Below the pieces are notes generated by a model. The model saw only the letters and a program-made list of their open reading frames with translations, was not told the origin of the DNA and ran no database searches. A DNA stretch of 64,000 bases from Pelagomonas calceolata (Eukaryota), in contig CAKKNE010000004.1 of the NCBI GenBank assembly GCA_918797485.1, positions 1,674,001-1,738,000 on the forward strand, given 5' to 3'. Made by a program: the position numbers and the translations under genes. The stretch's first letter is position 1, and the number at the start of each line of letters is the position of its first letter. Below, in pieces: positions 53,001-64,000 of this stretch.

Positions 53001-56000
53001 AGGCTCAACGCGCCCCCAAGCCCACTCGTCCCGCTGCCGACGCTCGCGCTCGCGCGTCCGCCCGGCCGCCGGTCGCCGCGCGGACCCGACCGGACGCTCC
53101 CGCTGTTGCCAGAGGTCGACGCTCCGGCGCTGAACACTAGTCGCCCGCTCGCGGCGCCCGCGCCAGCGTTAGACGTGCCGATACGCAGCGCCCCGCCGCT
53201 GCCCGTCGTCCCCTCCCGGAGCCCGCGGAGGGTACCGCCGTGAGCGTCGAGCTTCGACCGGACTCCAGGCTCAAGCCACCTCCAGACCCGCTCGTCCCGC
53301 TGCCCGCGCCCAGCCGAGTCGCGCCGCCTCGCCCCGACGAGGCCGCGCCAGACCCGACGAGCAGCGCGCCGCTGTTGCCTTCCTTGGACGAGCCTGAGCT
53401 GAACACCAGCTGGCTGCTCGCTCCGCCACCGCCGCCGTTCGCCGTGCGAACGTACACCGCGCCGCCGCTTGTGGCCGTGCCTTCGCCCGTCTCGACGCAG
53501 ACGCCGCCGCCCGTCGTCCCGGTGCTTCTCCCGCGCCCAGCGGCGTGAGCCACCCAAACCGCTCGTTCCACTACCGACGGAGACGCGCGCTACTCCGGCC
53601 CGCCCTCCAACGCTCGGTCCAGAGCCGAGGGCAACCGCTCCACTGTTCCCGTCCTTGGGCGACCGAGCTAAATGCCAACCGGCCGCCCGACCCACTCTGC
53701 CGCTGTTTGTCGACCGAGACTGAGATACCCGCTGCTTGAGCAGGTGCCCTCGCCACCTCCCACCACGACTGAAGCACCGCCGGTGGCAACCGCGCCTCGA
53801 CCTGCGCCCAGGCGCACGCGGCCCCCCCGACCGCTGGTCCCGCTGCCAGCCACGATCAAAACTGCCCCCCCGCGGCCGGCTGTCCCGTACCCAGAGGCTA
53901 GAACCAAGCATCCACCGTTGCTAGAGAGCGAAGATCCCGAGCTGAAGCGAAGGGCTCCGGCCGAGCCGCAGAAGCCTGAGTTTGTGCTTTTTAGTATAAG
54001 GCTTGCACTGCTTGACCCGCTTCCAATGCCCGAGCTGGACTCAAACCTTCCACCACTGTGACGTTCACTTCGACCCAACCCAATATACGCCCCACCACCC
54101 CCACTGGTCCCACTTCCCACGCTCACGCTGATTCTCCCACCACCACCCTCTGTGGACGCACCAGACCCCAAGGCGCACCTCCCCGAGTTACCAGAGACGG
54201 ATGATCCGGAACTGAAAGCAAGACGGCCGCTGCATCCACCCAGACCACCATTCGTAGACTTCGCGACGACAGACCCCCCACTCATCCCTGCGCCTTCACC
54301 AGCCTGCAGATGCACGCCACCTCCGCTCCTCGATTCCGCCCTCCCGGATCGTATCTGCCCCGTACCACCGGCCGCACTCGTGCCGCTCCCAACACACAGA
54401 TCGACGAGGCCCCCGCGGCCCGCCGTCGGCCGCGGACCCGCCCTAACTGTCCATTATTTCCGCAACACGTCGATCCGGAGCTGAAGGCCAGCTGACCGCT
54501 CAAACCAGCTGCGCCGCCATTTCCGCTCGATACAAACAGCACCCCGCTGCTCGTCGACGCGCCGCCGCCGCCGCCGACCGTCAGCCATCCGCCGCTCGAG
54601 CCTCCGCTTCGACCCGACGTCCAGCCGAGCGGCCCTCCTCCTCCGCTCGCGCTGCAGCCCACACTCGCGCGAACGCCGCCTCCGCAACCTCCTGTCGTCG
54701 AGCCAGATCCGACGAGCACCTCGCCGCTGTTTCCTCCGGCGGCCGTTCCCGAGCTGAACACGAGTCGGCCGCTACTTCCGGTCGCTCCGGCATTGCCGCT
54801 TCCCAGGACCAGCATGCCGCTACTCGATGCGGTTCCGTCCCGCTGTCGACGCTGAAAGCCCCCCGCTGACCGCCGCGCTCCGACCCGCCGCCGCGATCGC
54901 CGATCCCCCAGACCCGCTCGTCCCGCCGCCCGCGCTCACGGCCACGACGCCGGCGCGACCTGCCGTCGACGTGCCGGACCCCAGGCTCGCCGCCCCTCCG
55001 TTCCCGGCCGCCGCGCGCCCCGAGCTGAACGCGAGCCGACCGCTGGCGCCCGCGGTTCCACCGTTTGCCGACGTGATGCGCACCAGGCCACTGCTTGCTG
55101 CGGTTCCTTCGCCCCCGACGGTCAGCACGCGCCCTCCGCTCGACGCGATGCTGCGCCCGGCCGCAAACGCGTCAGGCCACCGCCCGACGCGCTCGTCCCA
55201 CTTCCAGCGCTCGCGGCGGCGCGCCCCGCGGCCCACCGTCGCCGGTCCGGCCCGACGACGCACAGCCGCCCGCTGTTTCCTGCCTTGCTCGACCCGGAGC
55301 TAAAGCACAGCCGCCCACTCGACCCCCGGCGCCAGCGTTGGGCGCCGAGATGATTGCGATCCCAGAGCTCGCCGACGCGCTCGCTCCGCTCGTCGCACTC
55401 AGGACTCCACCCGACGCAACGTCGCTGCGTCCAGACAACAGGCTCAACGCGCCCCCAAGCCCACTCGTCCCGCTGCCGGCGCTTTCGCGCTCGCGCCCGC
55501 CCGGCCGCCGGTCGCCGCGCGGACCCGACTCGGACGCTCCGCTGTTGCCAGAGGTCGACGCTCCGGCGCTGAACACTAGTCGCCCGCTCACGGCGCCCGC
55601 GCCAGCGTTAGGCGTGCCGATACGCAGCGCCCCGCCGCTGCCCGTCCCCCTCCCGGAGCCCGCGGAGGGTACCGCCGTGAGCGTCGAGCCGACCGGACTC
55701 CAGGCTCAAGCCACCTCCAGACCCGCTCGTCCGCTGCCCGCGCCCAGCCGAGTCGCGCCGCCTCGCCCCGACGAGGCCGCGCCAGACCCGACGAGCAGCG
55801 CGCGCTGTTGCCTTCCTTGGACGAGCCTGAGCTGAACACCAGCTGGCTGCTCGCTCCGCCGCCGCCGCCGTTCGCCGTGCGAACGTACACCGCGCCGCCG
55901 CTTGTGGCCGTCCTTCGCCCGTCTCGACGCAGACGCCGCCGCCGCCCGTCGTCCCGGTGCTTCCCCCGCGCCCAGCGACGTGAGCCACCCAAACCGCTCG

Positions 56001-59000
56001 TTCCACTACCGACGGAGACGCGCGCTACTCCGGCCCGCCCTCCAACGCTCGGTCCAGAGCCGAGGGCAACCGCTCCACTGTTTTCCCGTCCTTGGGCGAC
56101 CGAGCTAAATGCCAACCGGCCGCCCGACCCCTCGGCCGCTGTTTGTCGACCGAGACTGAGATACCCGCTGCTTGAGCAGGTGCCCTCGCCACCTCCCACC
56201 ACGACTGAAGCACCGCCGGTGGCAACCGCGCCTCGACCTGCGCCCAGGCGCACGCGGCCCCCCCGACCGCTGGTCCCGCTGCCAGCCACGATCAAAACTG
56301 CCCCCCCGCGGCCGGCTGTCCCGTACCCAGAGGCTAGAACCAAGCATCCACCGTTGCTAGAGAGCGAAGATCCCGAGCTGAAGCGAAGGGCTCCGGCCGA
56401 GCCGCAGAAGCCTGAGTTTGTGCTTCCGACAGCAAGAATGCCACTGTTTGTCGCTGTTCCTTCACCAGCCTGCAGATGCTCGCCACCTCCGCTCCTCGAT
56501 TCCGCCCTCCCGGATCGTATCTGCCCCGTACCACCGGCCGCACTCGTGCCGCTCCCAACACACAGATCGACGAGGCCCCCGCGGCCCGCCGTCGAAGCCG
56601 CGGACCCCGCCCTAACTTGTCCATTATTTCCGCAACACGTCGATCCGGAGCTGAAGGCCAGCTGACCGCTCAAACCAGCTGCGCCGCCATTTCCGCTCGA
56701 TACAAACAGCACCCCGCTGCTCGTCGACGCGCCGCCGCCGCCGCCGACCGTCAGCCATCCGCCGCTCGAGCCTCCGCTTCGACCCGACGTCCAGCCGAGC
56801 GGCCCTCCTCCTCCGCTCGCGCTGCAGCCCACACTCGCGCGAACGCCGCCTCCGCAACCTCCTGTCGTCGAGCCAGATCCGACGAGCACCTCGCCGCTGT
56901 TTCCTCCGGCGGCCGTTCCCGAGCTGAACACGAGTCGGCCGCTACTTCCGGTCGCTCCGGCATTGCCGCTTCCCAGGACCAGCATGCCGCTACTCGATGC
57001 GGTTCCGTCCCCGCTGTCGACGCTGAAAGCCCCACCGCTGACCGCCGCGCTCCGACCCGCCGCCGCGATCGCTGATCCCCAGACTCGCTCGTCCGCCGCC
57101 CGCGCTCACGGCCACGACGCCCGGCGCGACCTGCCGTCGACGTGCCGGACCCCAGGCTCGCCGCCCCTCCGTTCCCGGCCGCCGCGCGCCCCAAGCTGAA
57201 CGCGAGCCGACCGCTGGCGCCCGCGGTTCCACCGTTTGCCGACGTGATGCGCACCAGGCCACTGCTTGCTGCGGTTCCTTCGCCCCGACGGTCAGCACGC
57301 GCCCTCCGCTCGACGCGATGCTGCGCCCGGCCGCAAACGTCAGGCCACCGCCCGACGCGCTCGTCCCACTTCCAGCGCTCGCGGCTTGCCGCGCCCCGCG
57401 GCCCACCGTCGCCGGTCCCGGCCCGACGCACAGCCGCCCGCTGTTTCCTGCCTTGCTCGACCCGGAGCTAAAGCACAGCCGCCCACTCGACCCCCCGGCG
57501 CCAGCGTTGGCCGCCGAGATGATTGCGATCCCAGAGCTCGCCGACGCGCTCGCTCCGCTCGTCGCGCTCAGGACTCCACCCGACGCAACGTCGCTGCGTC
57601 CAGACAACAGGCTCAACGCGCCCCCAAGCCCACTCGTCCCGCTGCCGACGCTCGCGCTCGCGCGTCCGCCCCGGCCGCCGGTCGCGCGCGGACCCGACCG
57701 GACGCTCCCGCTGTTGCCAGAGGTCGACGCTCCGGCGCTGAACACTAGTCGCCCGCTCACGGCGCCCGCGCCAGCGTTAGACGTGCCGATACGCAGCGCC
57801 CGCCGCTGCCCGTCGTCCCCCCCGGGCCCGCGGAGGGTACCGCCCGTGAGCGTCGAGCTTCGACCGGACTCCAGGCTCAAGCCACCTCCAGACCCGCTCG
57901 TCCCGCTGCCCGCGCCCAGCCGAGTCGCGCCGCCTCGCCCCGACGAGGCCGCGCCAGACCCGACGAGCAGCGCGCCGCTGTTGCCTTCCTTGGACGAGCC
58001 TGAGCTGAACACCAGCTGGCTGCTCGCTCCGCCACCGCCGCCGTTCGCCGTGCGAACGTACACCGCGCCGCCGCTTGTGGCCGTCCCTTCGCCCGTCTCG
58101 ACGCAGACGCCGCCGCCCGTCGTCCCGGTGCTTCTCCCCGCGCCCAGCGACGTCGAGCCACCCAAACCGCTCGTTCCACTACCGACGGAGACGCGCGCTA
58201 CTCCGGCCCGCCCTCCAACGCTCGGTCCAGAGCCGAGGGCAACCGCTCCACTGTTCCCGTCCTTGGACGACCCGGAGCTAAATGCCAACCGGCCGCCCGA
58301 CCCACTCGCTCCGCTGTTTGTCGACCCGAGACTGAGATACCCGCTGCTTGAGCAGGTGCCCTCGCCACCTCCCACCACGACTGAAGCACCGCCGGTGGCA
58401 ACCGCGCCTCGACCTGCGCCCAGGCGCACGCGGCCCCCCCGACCGCTGGTCCCGCTGCCAGCCACGATCAAAACTGCCCCCCCGCGGCCGGCTGTCCCGT
58501 ACCCAGAGGCTAGAACCAAGCATCCACCGTTGCTAGAGAGCGAAGATCCCGAGCTGAAGCGAAGGGCTCCGGCCGAGCCGCAGAAGCCTGAGTTTGTGCT
58601 TTTTAGTATAAGGCTTGCACTGCTTGACCCGCTTCCAATGCCCGAGCTGGACTCAAACCTTCCACCACTGTGACGTTCACTTCGACCCAACCCAATATAC
58701 GCCCCACCACCCCCACTGGTCCCACTTCCCACGCTCACGCTGATTCTCCCACCACCACCCTCTGTGGACGCACCAGACCCCAAGGCGCACCTCCCCGAGT
58801 TACCAGAGACGGATGATCCGGAACTGAAAGCAAGACGGCCGCTGCATCCACCCAGACCACCATTCGTAGACTTTGCGACGACAGACCCCCCACTCATCCC
58901 TGCGCCTTCACCAGCCTGCAGATGCACGCCACCTCCGCTCCTCGATTCCGCCCTCCCGGATCGTATCTGCCCCGTACCACCGGCCGCACTCGTGCCGCTC

Positions 59001-62000
59001 CCAACACACAGATCGACGAGGCCCCCGCGGCCCGCCGTCGAAGCCGCGGACCCCGCCCTAACTTGTCCATTATTTCCGCAACACGTCGATCCGGAGCTGA
59101 AGGCCAGCTGACCGCTCAAACCAGCTGCGCCGCCATTTCCGCTCGATACAAACAGCACCCCGCTGCTCGTCGACGCGCCGCCGCCGCCGCCGACCGTCAG
59201 CCATCCGCCGCTCGAGCCTCCGCTTCGACCCGACGTCCAGCCGAGCGGCCCTCCTCCTCCGCTCGCGCTGCAGCCCACACTCGCGCGAACGCCGCCTCCG
59301 CAACCTCCTGTCGTCGAGCCAGATCCGACGAGCACTCGCGCATACTGTTTCCTCCGGCCGTTCCCGAGCTGAACACAGTCGGCCGCTACTTCCGGTCGCT
59401 CGGCATTGCCGCTTCCCAGGACCAGCATGCCGCTACTCGATGCGGTTCCGTCCCCGCTGTCGACGCTGAAAGCCCCCCGCTGACCGCCGCGCTCCGACCC
59501 GCCGCCGCGATCGCCGATCCCCAGACCCGCTCGTCCCGCCGCCCGCGCTCACGGCCACGACGCCGGCGCGACCTGCCGTCGACGTGCCGGACCCCAGGCT
59601 CGCCGCCCCTCCGTTCCCGCCGCCGCGCCCGAGCTGAACGCGAGCCGACCGCTGGCGCCAGCGGTTCCACCGTTTGCCGACGTGATGCGCACCAGGCCAC
59701 TGCTTGCTGCGGTTCCTTCGCCCCCGACGGTCAGCACGCGCCCTCCGCTCGGCGATGCTGCGCCCGGCCGCAAACGTCAGGCCACCGCCCGACGCGCTCG
59801 TCCCACTTCCAGCGCTCGGCGGCCGCGCCCCGCGGCCCACCGTCGCCGGTCCCGGCCCGACGCACAGCCGCCCGCTGTTTCCTGCCTTGCTCGACCCGGA
59901 GCTAAAGCACAGCCGCCCACTCGACCCCCCGGCGCCAGCGTTGGCCGCCGAGATGATTGCGATCCCAGAGCTCGCGACGGCGCCGCTCCGCTCGTCGCGC
60001 TCAGGACTCCACCCGACGCAACGTCGCTGCGTCCAGACAACAGGCTCAACGCGCCCCCAAGCCCAGCCCCTCGTCCCGCTGCCCGGCCGCTCGCGCTCGC
60101 GCGTCCGCCCGGCCGCCGGTCGCCGCGCGGACCCGACTCGGACGCTCCCGCTGTTGCCAGAGGTCGACGCTCCGGCGCTGAACACTAGTCGCCCGCTCGC
60201 GGCGCCCGCGCCAGCGTTAGACGCGTGCCGATACGCAGCGCCCCGCCGCTGCCGTCGTCCCCTCCCCGGAGCCCGCGCGGAGGGTACCGCCCGTGAGCGT
60301 CGAGCTTCGACCGGACTCCAGGCTCAAGCCACCTCCAGACCCGCTCGTCCCGCTGCCCGCGCCCAGCCGAGTCGCGCCGCCTCGCCCCGACGAGGCCGCG
60401 CCAGACCCGACGAGCAGCGCGCCGCTGTTGCCTTCCTTGGACGAGCCTGAGCTGAACACCAGCTGGCTGCTCGCTCCGCCACCGCCGCCGTTCGCCGTGC
60501 GAACGTACACCGCGCCGCCGCTTGTGGCCGTCCCTTCGCCCGTCTCGACGCAGACGCCGCCGCCCGTCGTCCCGGTGCTTCTCCCCGCGCCCAGCGACGT
60601 CGAGCCACCCAAACCGCTCGTTCCACTACCGACGGAGACGCGCGCTACTCCGGCCCGCCCTCCAACGCTCGGTCCAGAGCCGAGGGCAACCGCTCCACTG
60701 TTCCCGTCCTTGGACGACCCGGAGCTAAATGCCAACCGGCCGCCCGACCCACTCGCTCCGCTGTTTGTCGACCCGAGACTGAGATACCCGCTGCTTGAGC
60801 AGGTGCCCTCGCCACCTCCCACCACGACTGAAGCACCGCCGGTGGCAACCGCGCCTCGACCTGCGCCCAGGCGCACGCGGCCCCCCCGACCGCTGGTCCC
60901 GCTGCCAGCCACGATCAAAACTGCCCCCCCGCGGCCGGCTGTCCCGTACCCAGAGGCTAGAACCAAGCATCCACCGTTGCCAGAGAGCGACGATCCCGAG
61001 CTAAAGCGAAGGGCTCCGGCCGAGCCGCAGAAGCCTGAGTTTGTGCTTCCGACAGCAAGAATGCCACTGTTTGTCGCTGTTCCTTCACCAGCCTGCAGAT
61101 GCACGCCACCTCCGCTCCTCGATTCCGCCCTCCCGGATCGTATCTGCCCCGTACCACCGGCCGCACTCGTGCCGCTCCCAACACACAGATCGACGAGGCC
61201 CCCGCGGCCCGCCGTCGAAGCCGCGGACCCCGCCCTAACTTGTCCATTATTTCCGCAACACGTCGATCCGGAGCTGAAGGCCAGCTGACCGCTCAAACCA
61301 GCTGCGCCGCCATTTCCGCTCGATACAAACAGCACCCCGCTGCTCGTCGACGCGCCGCCGCCGCCGCCGACCGTCAGCCATCCGCCGCTCGAGCCTCCGC
61401 TTCGACCCGACGTCCAGCCGAGCGGCCCTCCTCCTCCGCTCGCGCTGCAGCCCACACTCGCGCGAACGCCGCCTCCGCAACCTCCTGTCGTCGAGCCAGA
61501 TCCGACGAGCACCTCGCCGCTGTTTCCTCCGGCGGCCGTTCCCGAGCTGAACACGAGTCGGCCGCTACTTCCGGTCGCTCCGGCATTGCCGCTTCCCAGG
61601 ACCAGCATGCCGCTACTCGATGCGGTTCCGTCCCCGCTGTCGACGCTGAAAGCCCCACCGCTGACCGCCGCGCTCCGACCCGCCGCCGCGATCGCCGATC
61701 CCCCAGACCCGCTCGTCCCGCCGCCCGCGCTCACGGCCACGACGCCGGCGCGACCTGCCGTCGACGTGCCGGACCCCAGGCTCGCCGCCCCTCCGTTCCC
61801 GGCCGCCGCGCGCCCCGAGCTGAACGCGAGCCGACCGCTGGCGCCCGCGGTTCCACCGTTTGCCGACGTGATGCGCACCAGGCCACTGCTTGCTGCGGTT
61901 CCTTCGCCCCCGACGGTCAGCACGCGCCCTCCGCTCGACGCGATGCTGCGCCCGGCCGCAAACGTCAGGCCACCGCCCGACGCGCTCGTCCCACTTCCCG

Positions 62001-64000
62001 CGCTCACGCTTGCCGCGCCCCCGCGGCCCACCGTCGCCGGTCCCGGCCCGACGCACAGCCGCCCGCTGTTTCCTGCCTTGCTCGACCCGGAGCTAAAGCA
62101 CAGCCGCCCACTCGACCCCCCGGCGCCAGCGTTGGCCGCCGAGATGATTGCGATCCCAGAGCTCGCCGACGCGCTCGCTCCGCTCGTCGCACTCAGGACT
62201 CCACCCGACGCAACGTCGCTGCGTCCAGACAACAGGCTCAACGCGCCCCCAAGCCCACTCGTCCCGCTGCCGACGCTCGCGCTCGCGCGTCCGCCCCGGC
62301 CGCCGGTCGCCGCGCCGGACCCGACCCGGACGCTCCCGCTGTTGCCAGAGGTCGACGCTCCGGCGCTGAACACTAGTCGCCCGCTCGCGGCGCCCGCGCC
62401 AGCGTTAGACGTGCCGATACGCAGCGCCCCGCCGCTGCCCGTCGTCCCCTCCCCGGAGCCCGCGCGGAGGGTACCGCCCGTGAGCGTCGAGCTTCGACCG
62501 GACTCCAGGCTCAAGCCACCTCCAGACCCGCTCGTCCCGCTGCCCGCGCCCAGCCGAGTCGCGCCGCCTCGCCCCGACGAGGCCGCGCCAGACCCGACGA
62601 GCAGCGCGCCGCTGTTGCCTTCCTTGGACGAGCCTGAGCTGAACACCAGCTGGCTGCTCGCTCCGCCGCCGCCGCCGTTCGCCGTGCGAACGTACACCGC
62701 GCCGCCGCTTGTGGCCGTCCCTTCGCCCGTCTCGACGCAGACGCCGCCGCCCGTCGTCCCGGTGCTTCTCCCCGCGCCCAGCGACGTCGAGCCACCCAAA
62801 CCGCTCGTTCCACTACCGACGGAGACGCGCGCTACTCCGGCCCGCCCTCCAACGCTCGGTCCAGAGCCGAGGGCAACCGCTCCACTGTTCCCGTCCTTGG
62901 ACGACCCGGAGCTAAATGCCAACCGGCCGCCCGACCCACTCGCTCCGCTGTTTGTCGACCCGAGACTGAGATACCCGCTGCTTGAACAGGTGCCCTCGCT
63001 TCCCTCTAGGAAAAGCGCGCCCCCTGATGTCAAGATGCCGCGTCCAGTGCACAAATGGACGGACGAACCACTTTCAGTATCACTACTGCTACCCGCACTG
63101 ATACATACTAGTCCAGCTTGCCCACTTGACGCAGCTCCTGCAGATATGAGTACTGCTCCAATGTTGCCTGATTGAGAAGATCCCGAGCTGAACGTCAGCC
63201 TACCACTCGAACCCTGCACGCCAGAGTTACAGCCCTTGACAGTAACGGCACCACTGCTCACCGAACTGCCTTCCCCTGAAGCTATGTTGGTAAAACCTCC
63301 ACTACTAACGGCGCTTTGACCCGAGTCAATGCGAATGTGAGCTGCTGAACCACTAGAGCCGCTCCCAGCTTCTATACCCATTGTTCCCCCATGACCACCA
63401 GACGCTGTTCCGGTACCAAGTGTGAGCCATCCAGAGTTCCCTGCCATACTAGAACCAGTACTGAAAGTAAGCCTCCCGCTGCTGCCGCCAACACCGCCGT
63501 TTGTGACCTTGACTGTGATAGATCCACTGCTTGTTACGGTGCCTTCTCCTGCACTTACACTGAGCAACCCACCGCTTAATGCGACGGCACGACCAGGGAG
63601 AGCAAGGATGCCTCCCCCTAGCGCGCTGGTGCCAGTTCCGACGCTGATGAAAACATTATTGCCACGCCCCTCGGTCGCAGCCCCGGATCCAATTTCAACT
63701 GCCCCCGTGTTTCCGAGCCCCGCTGAACCTGAGCTATATGCAAGCCGACCACTGATACCCCCAACCCCCCCATTTGTTGTCGACACAAAAATGCTGCCAC
63801 TACTGCTCGTTGCTCCAAATCTACTTGAGATTGACAGGTCGCCACCGCTCTGTAATTGACTCAAACCAGCACACATCTCTAAACTATTCGATTTGCCACT
63901 CATGCTTTTGCCTATATTAACGGACACTATGCCACCTTGGCCATTCTCCACACTCCCAGAGGAACACGCAACAAGGCCACTGTTACCGTTTCGACAGGAT
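13791..64000 (-). CDS. Giant Gly/Ser/Ala/Thr-rich repeat protein (predicted beta-helical fibre, >16,000 aa if intact), 5' end beyond the window, apparently intronless; assembly-level frameshifts inside the GC-rich arrays
   Basis: Minus-strand ORF fragments (13791-16544, 19152-21416, 34895-36424, 44600-46684, 47570-50320, 56990-59428, 60217-63951 and others) all carry the same 15-residue G-x-phi-x-phi-x-x-G register, e.g. GRLVFSSGTSQTGNS/GAVLLGSGSGTAGRG. They hand over to each other at small indels with no intervening non-repeat DNA. The frame stays open to base 64000 (SCRNGNSGLVACSSGSVENGQGG). The terminal stop TAG is at 13791-13793 after YQLFFLVLN. Confidence 0.85.
15915..46015 (-). repeat. 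Coding tandem array A: 1107-bp unit (369 aa = 91+91+91+96), about 27 near-identical, extremely GC-rich copies
   Basis: The marker AGGTAAACAC occurs at 19781 and 20888, 1107 bp apart in clean copies. The marker GCATTTGCGCTCGAGATGCGG (or a single-indel variant) recurs 28 times from ~15977 to ~45841 at ~1.1-kb spacing. Confidence 0.97.
46016..62999 (-). repeat. Coding tandem array B: units of 8 or 9 distinct 273-bp modules (~2.18 and ~2.45 kb), with module shuffling
   Basis: The marker TACAAACAGCACCCC occurs at about 46400, 49649, 52096, 54531, 56701, 59147 and 61324. The spacings of about 3249, 2447, 2435, 2170, 2446 and 2177 are close to 12, 9, 9, 8, 9 and 8 times 273 bp. Confidence 0.93.
48140..49620 (-). 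repeat. Local direct duplication with 813-bp period (three modules) inside the giant gene; part of it also occurs at 46016-46375
   Basis: CCGCTCCGACCACCTGACGCGGTGCCCGAGTCAAGC occurs at 48168 and 48981. The encoded block GRITIGVGISTKGRGG...GLIALDSGTASGGRSG appears twice in ORF 47570-50320. Confidence 0.9.

Noticed and set aside
15913..63175. Long + strand Pro/Ala-rich and Arg-rich ORFs over the arrays
   Set aside because: They are antisense or off-frame shadows of GC-rich Gly/Ser/Ala codons. They are broken by stops in the AT-richer ends, where the minus-strand frame stays open.
13791..64000. Mycobacterial PE-PGRS, ice-nucleation protein, collagen or silk assignment
   Set aside because: No PE domain is visible, and there is no regular TxT or AGYGST motif and no Gly-X-Y triplets. 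The similarity is compositional only.

Overview
Eukaryotic genomic window, not prokaryotic. Short GT-AG introns and the gene content suggest a stramenopile, possibly a pelagophyte alga (inference). The first ~13.7 kb holds moderate-GC genes separated by very GC-rich intergenic islands: the 3' part of an intron-containing protein with about six bromodomains and a BRD4-like C-terminal motif (<1-2816, +); an intron-rich gene that, once spliced, fuses an Arb2/FAM172A-like alpha/beta domain to an S6K/SGK/Akt-type AGC kinase (~4174-6816, +); an apparently single-exon ATG4 cysteine protease (9082-10296, +); and a weak hypothetical gene (~12763-13755, +). From 13791 to the window end is one apparently intronless minus-strand coding unit (>50 kb, >16,000 aa if intact, N-terminus outside the window). 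It is built from 15-residue Gly/Ser-rich coils grouped into 91-aa modules. These form a ~27-copy 1107-bp tandem array (15915-46015) and a shuffled 8/9-module array (46016-62999). The protein ends in octapeptide repeats and a small beta domain resembling C-terminal domains of phage structural/tail-fibre proteins. The many 1-2 bp indels in the GC-rich arrays are most likely long-read consensus errors, but the sequence alone cannot prove this.
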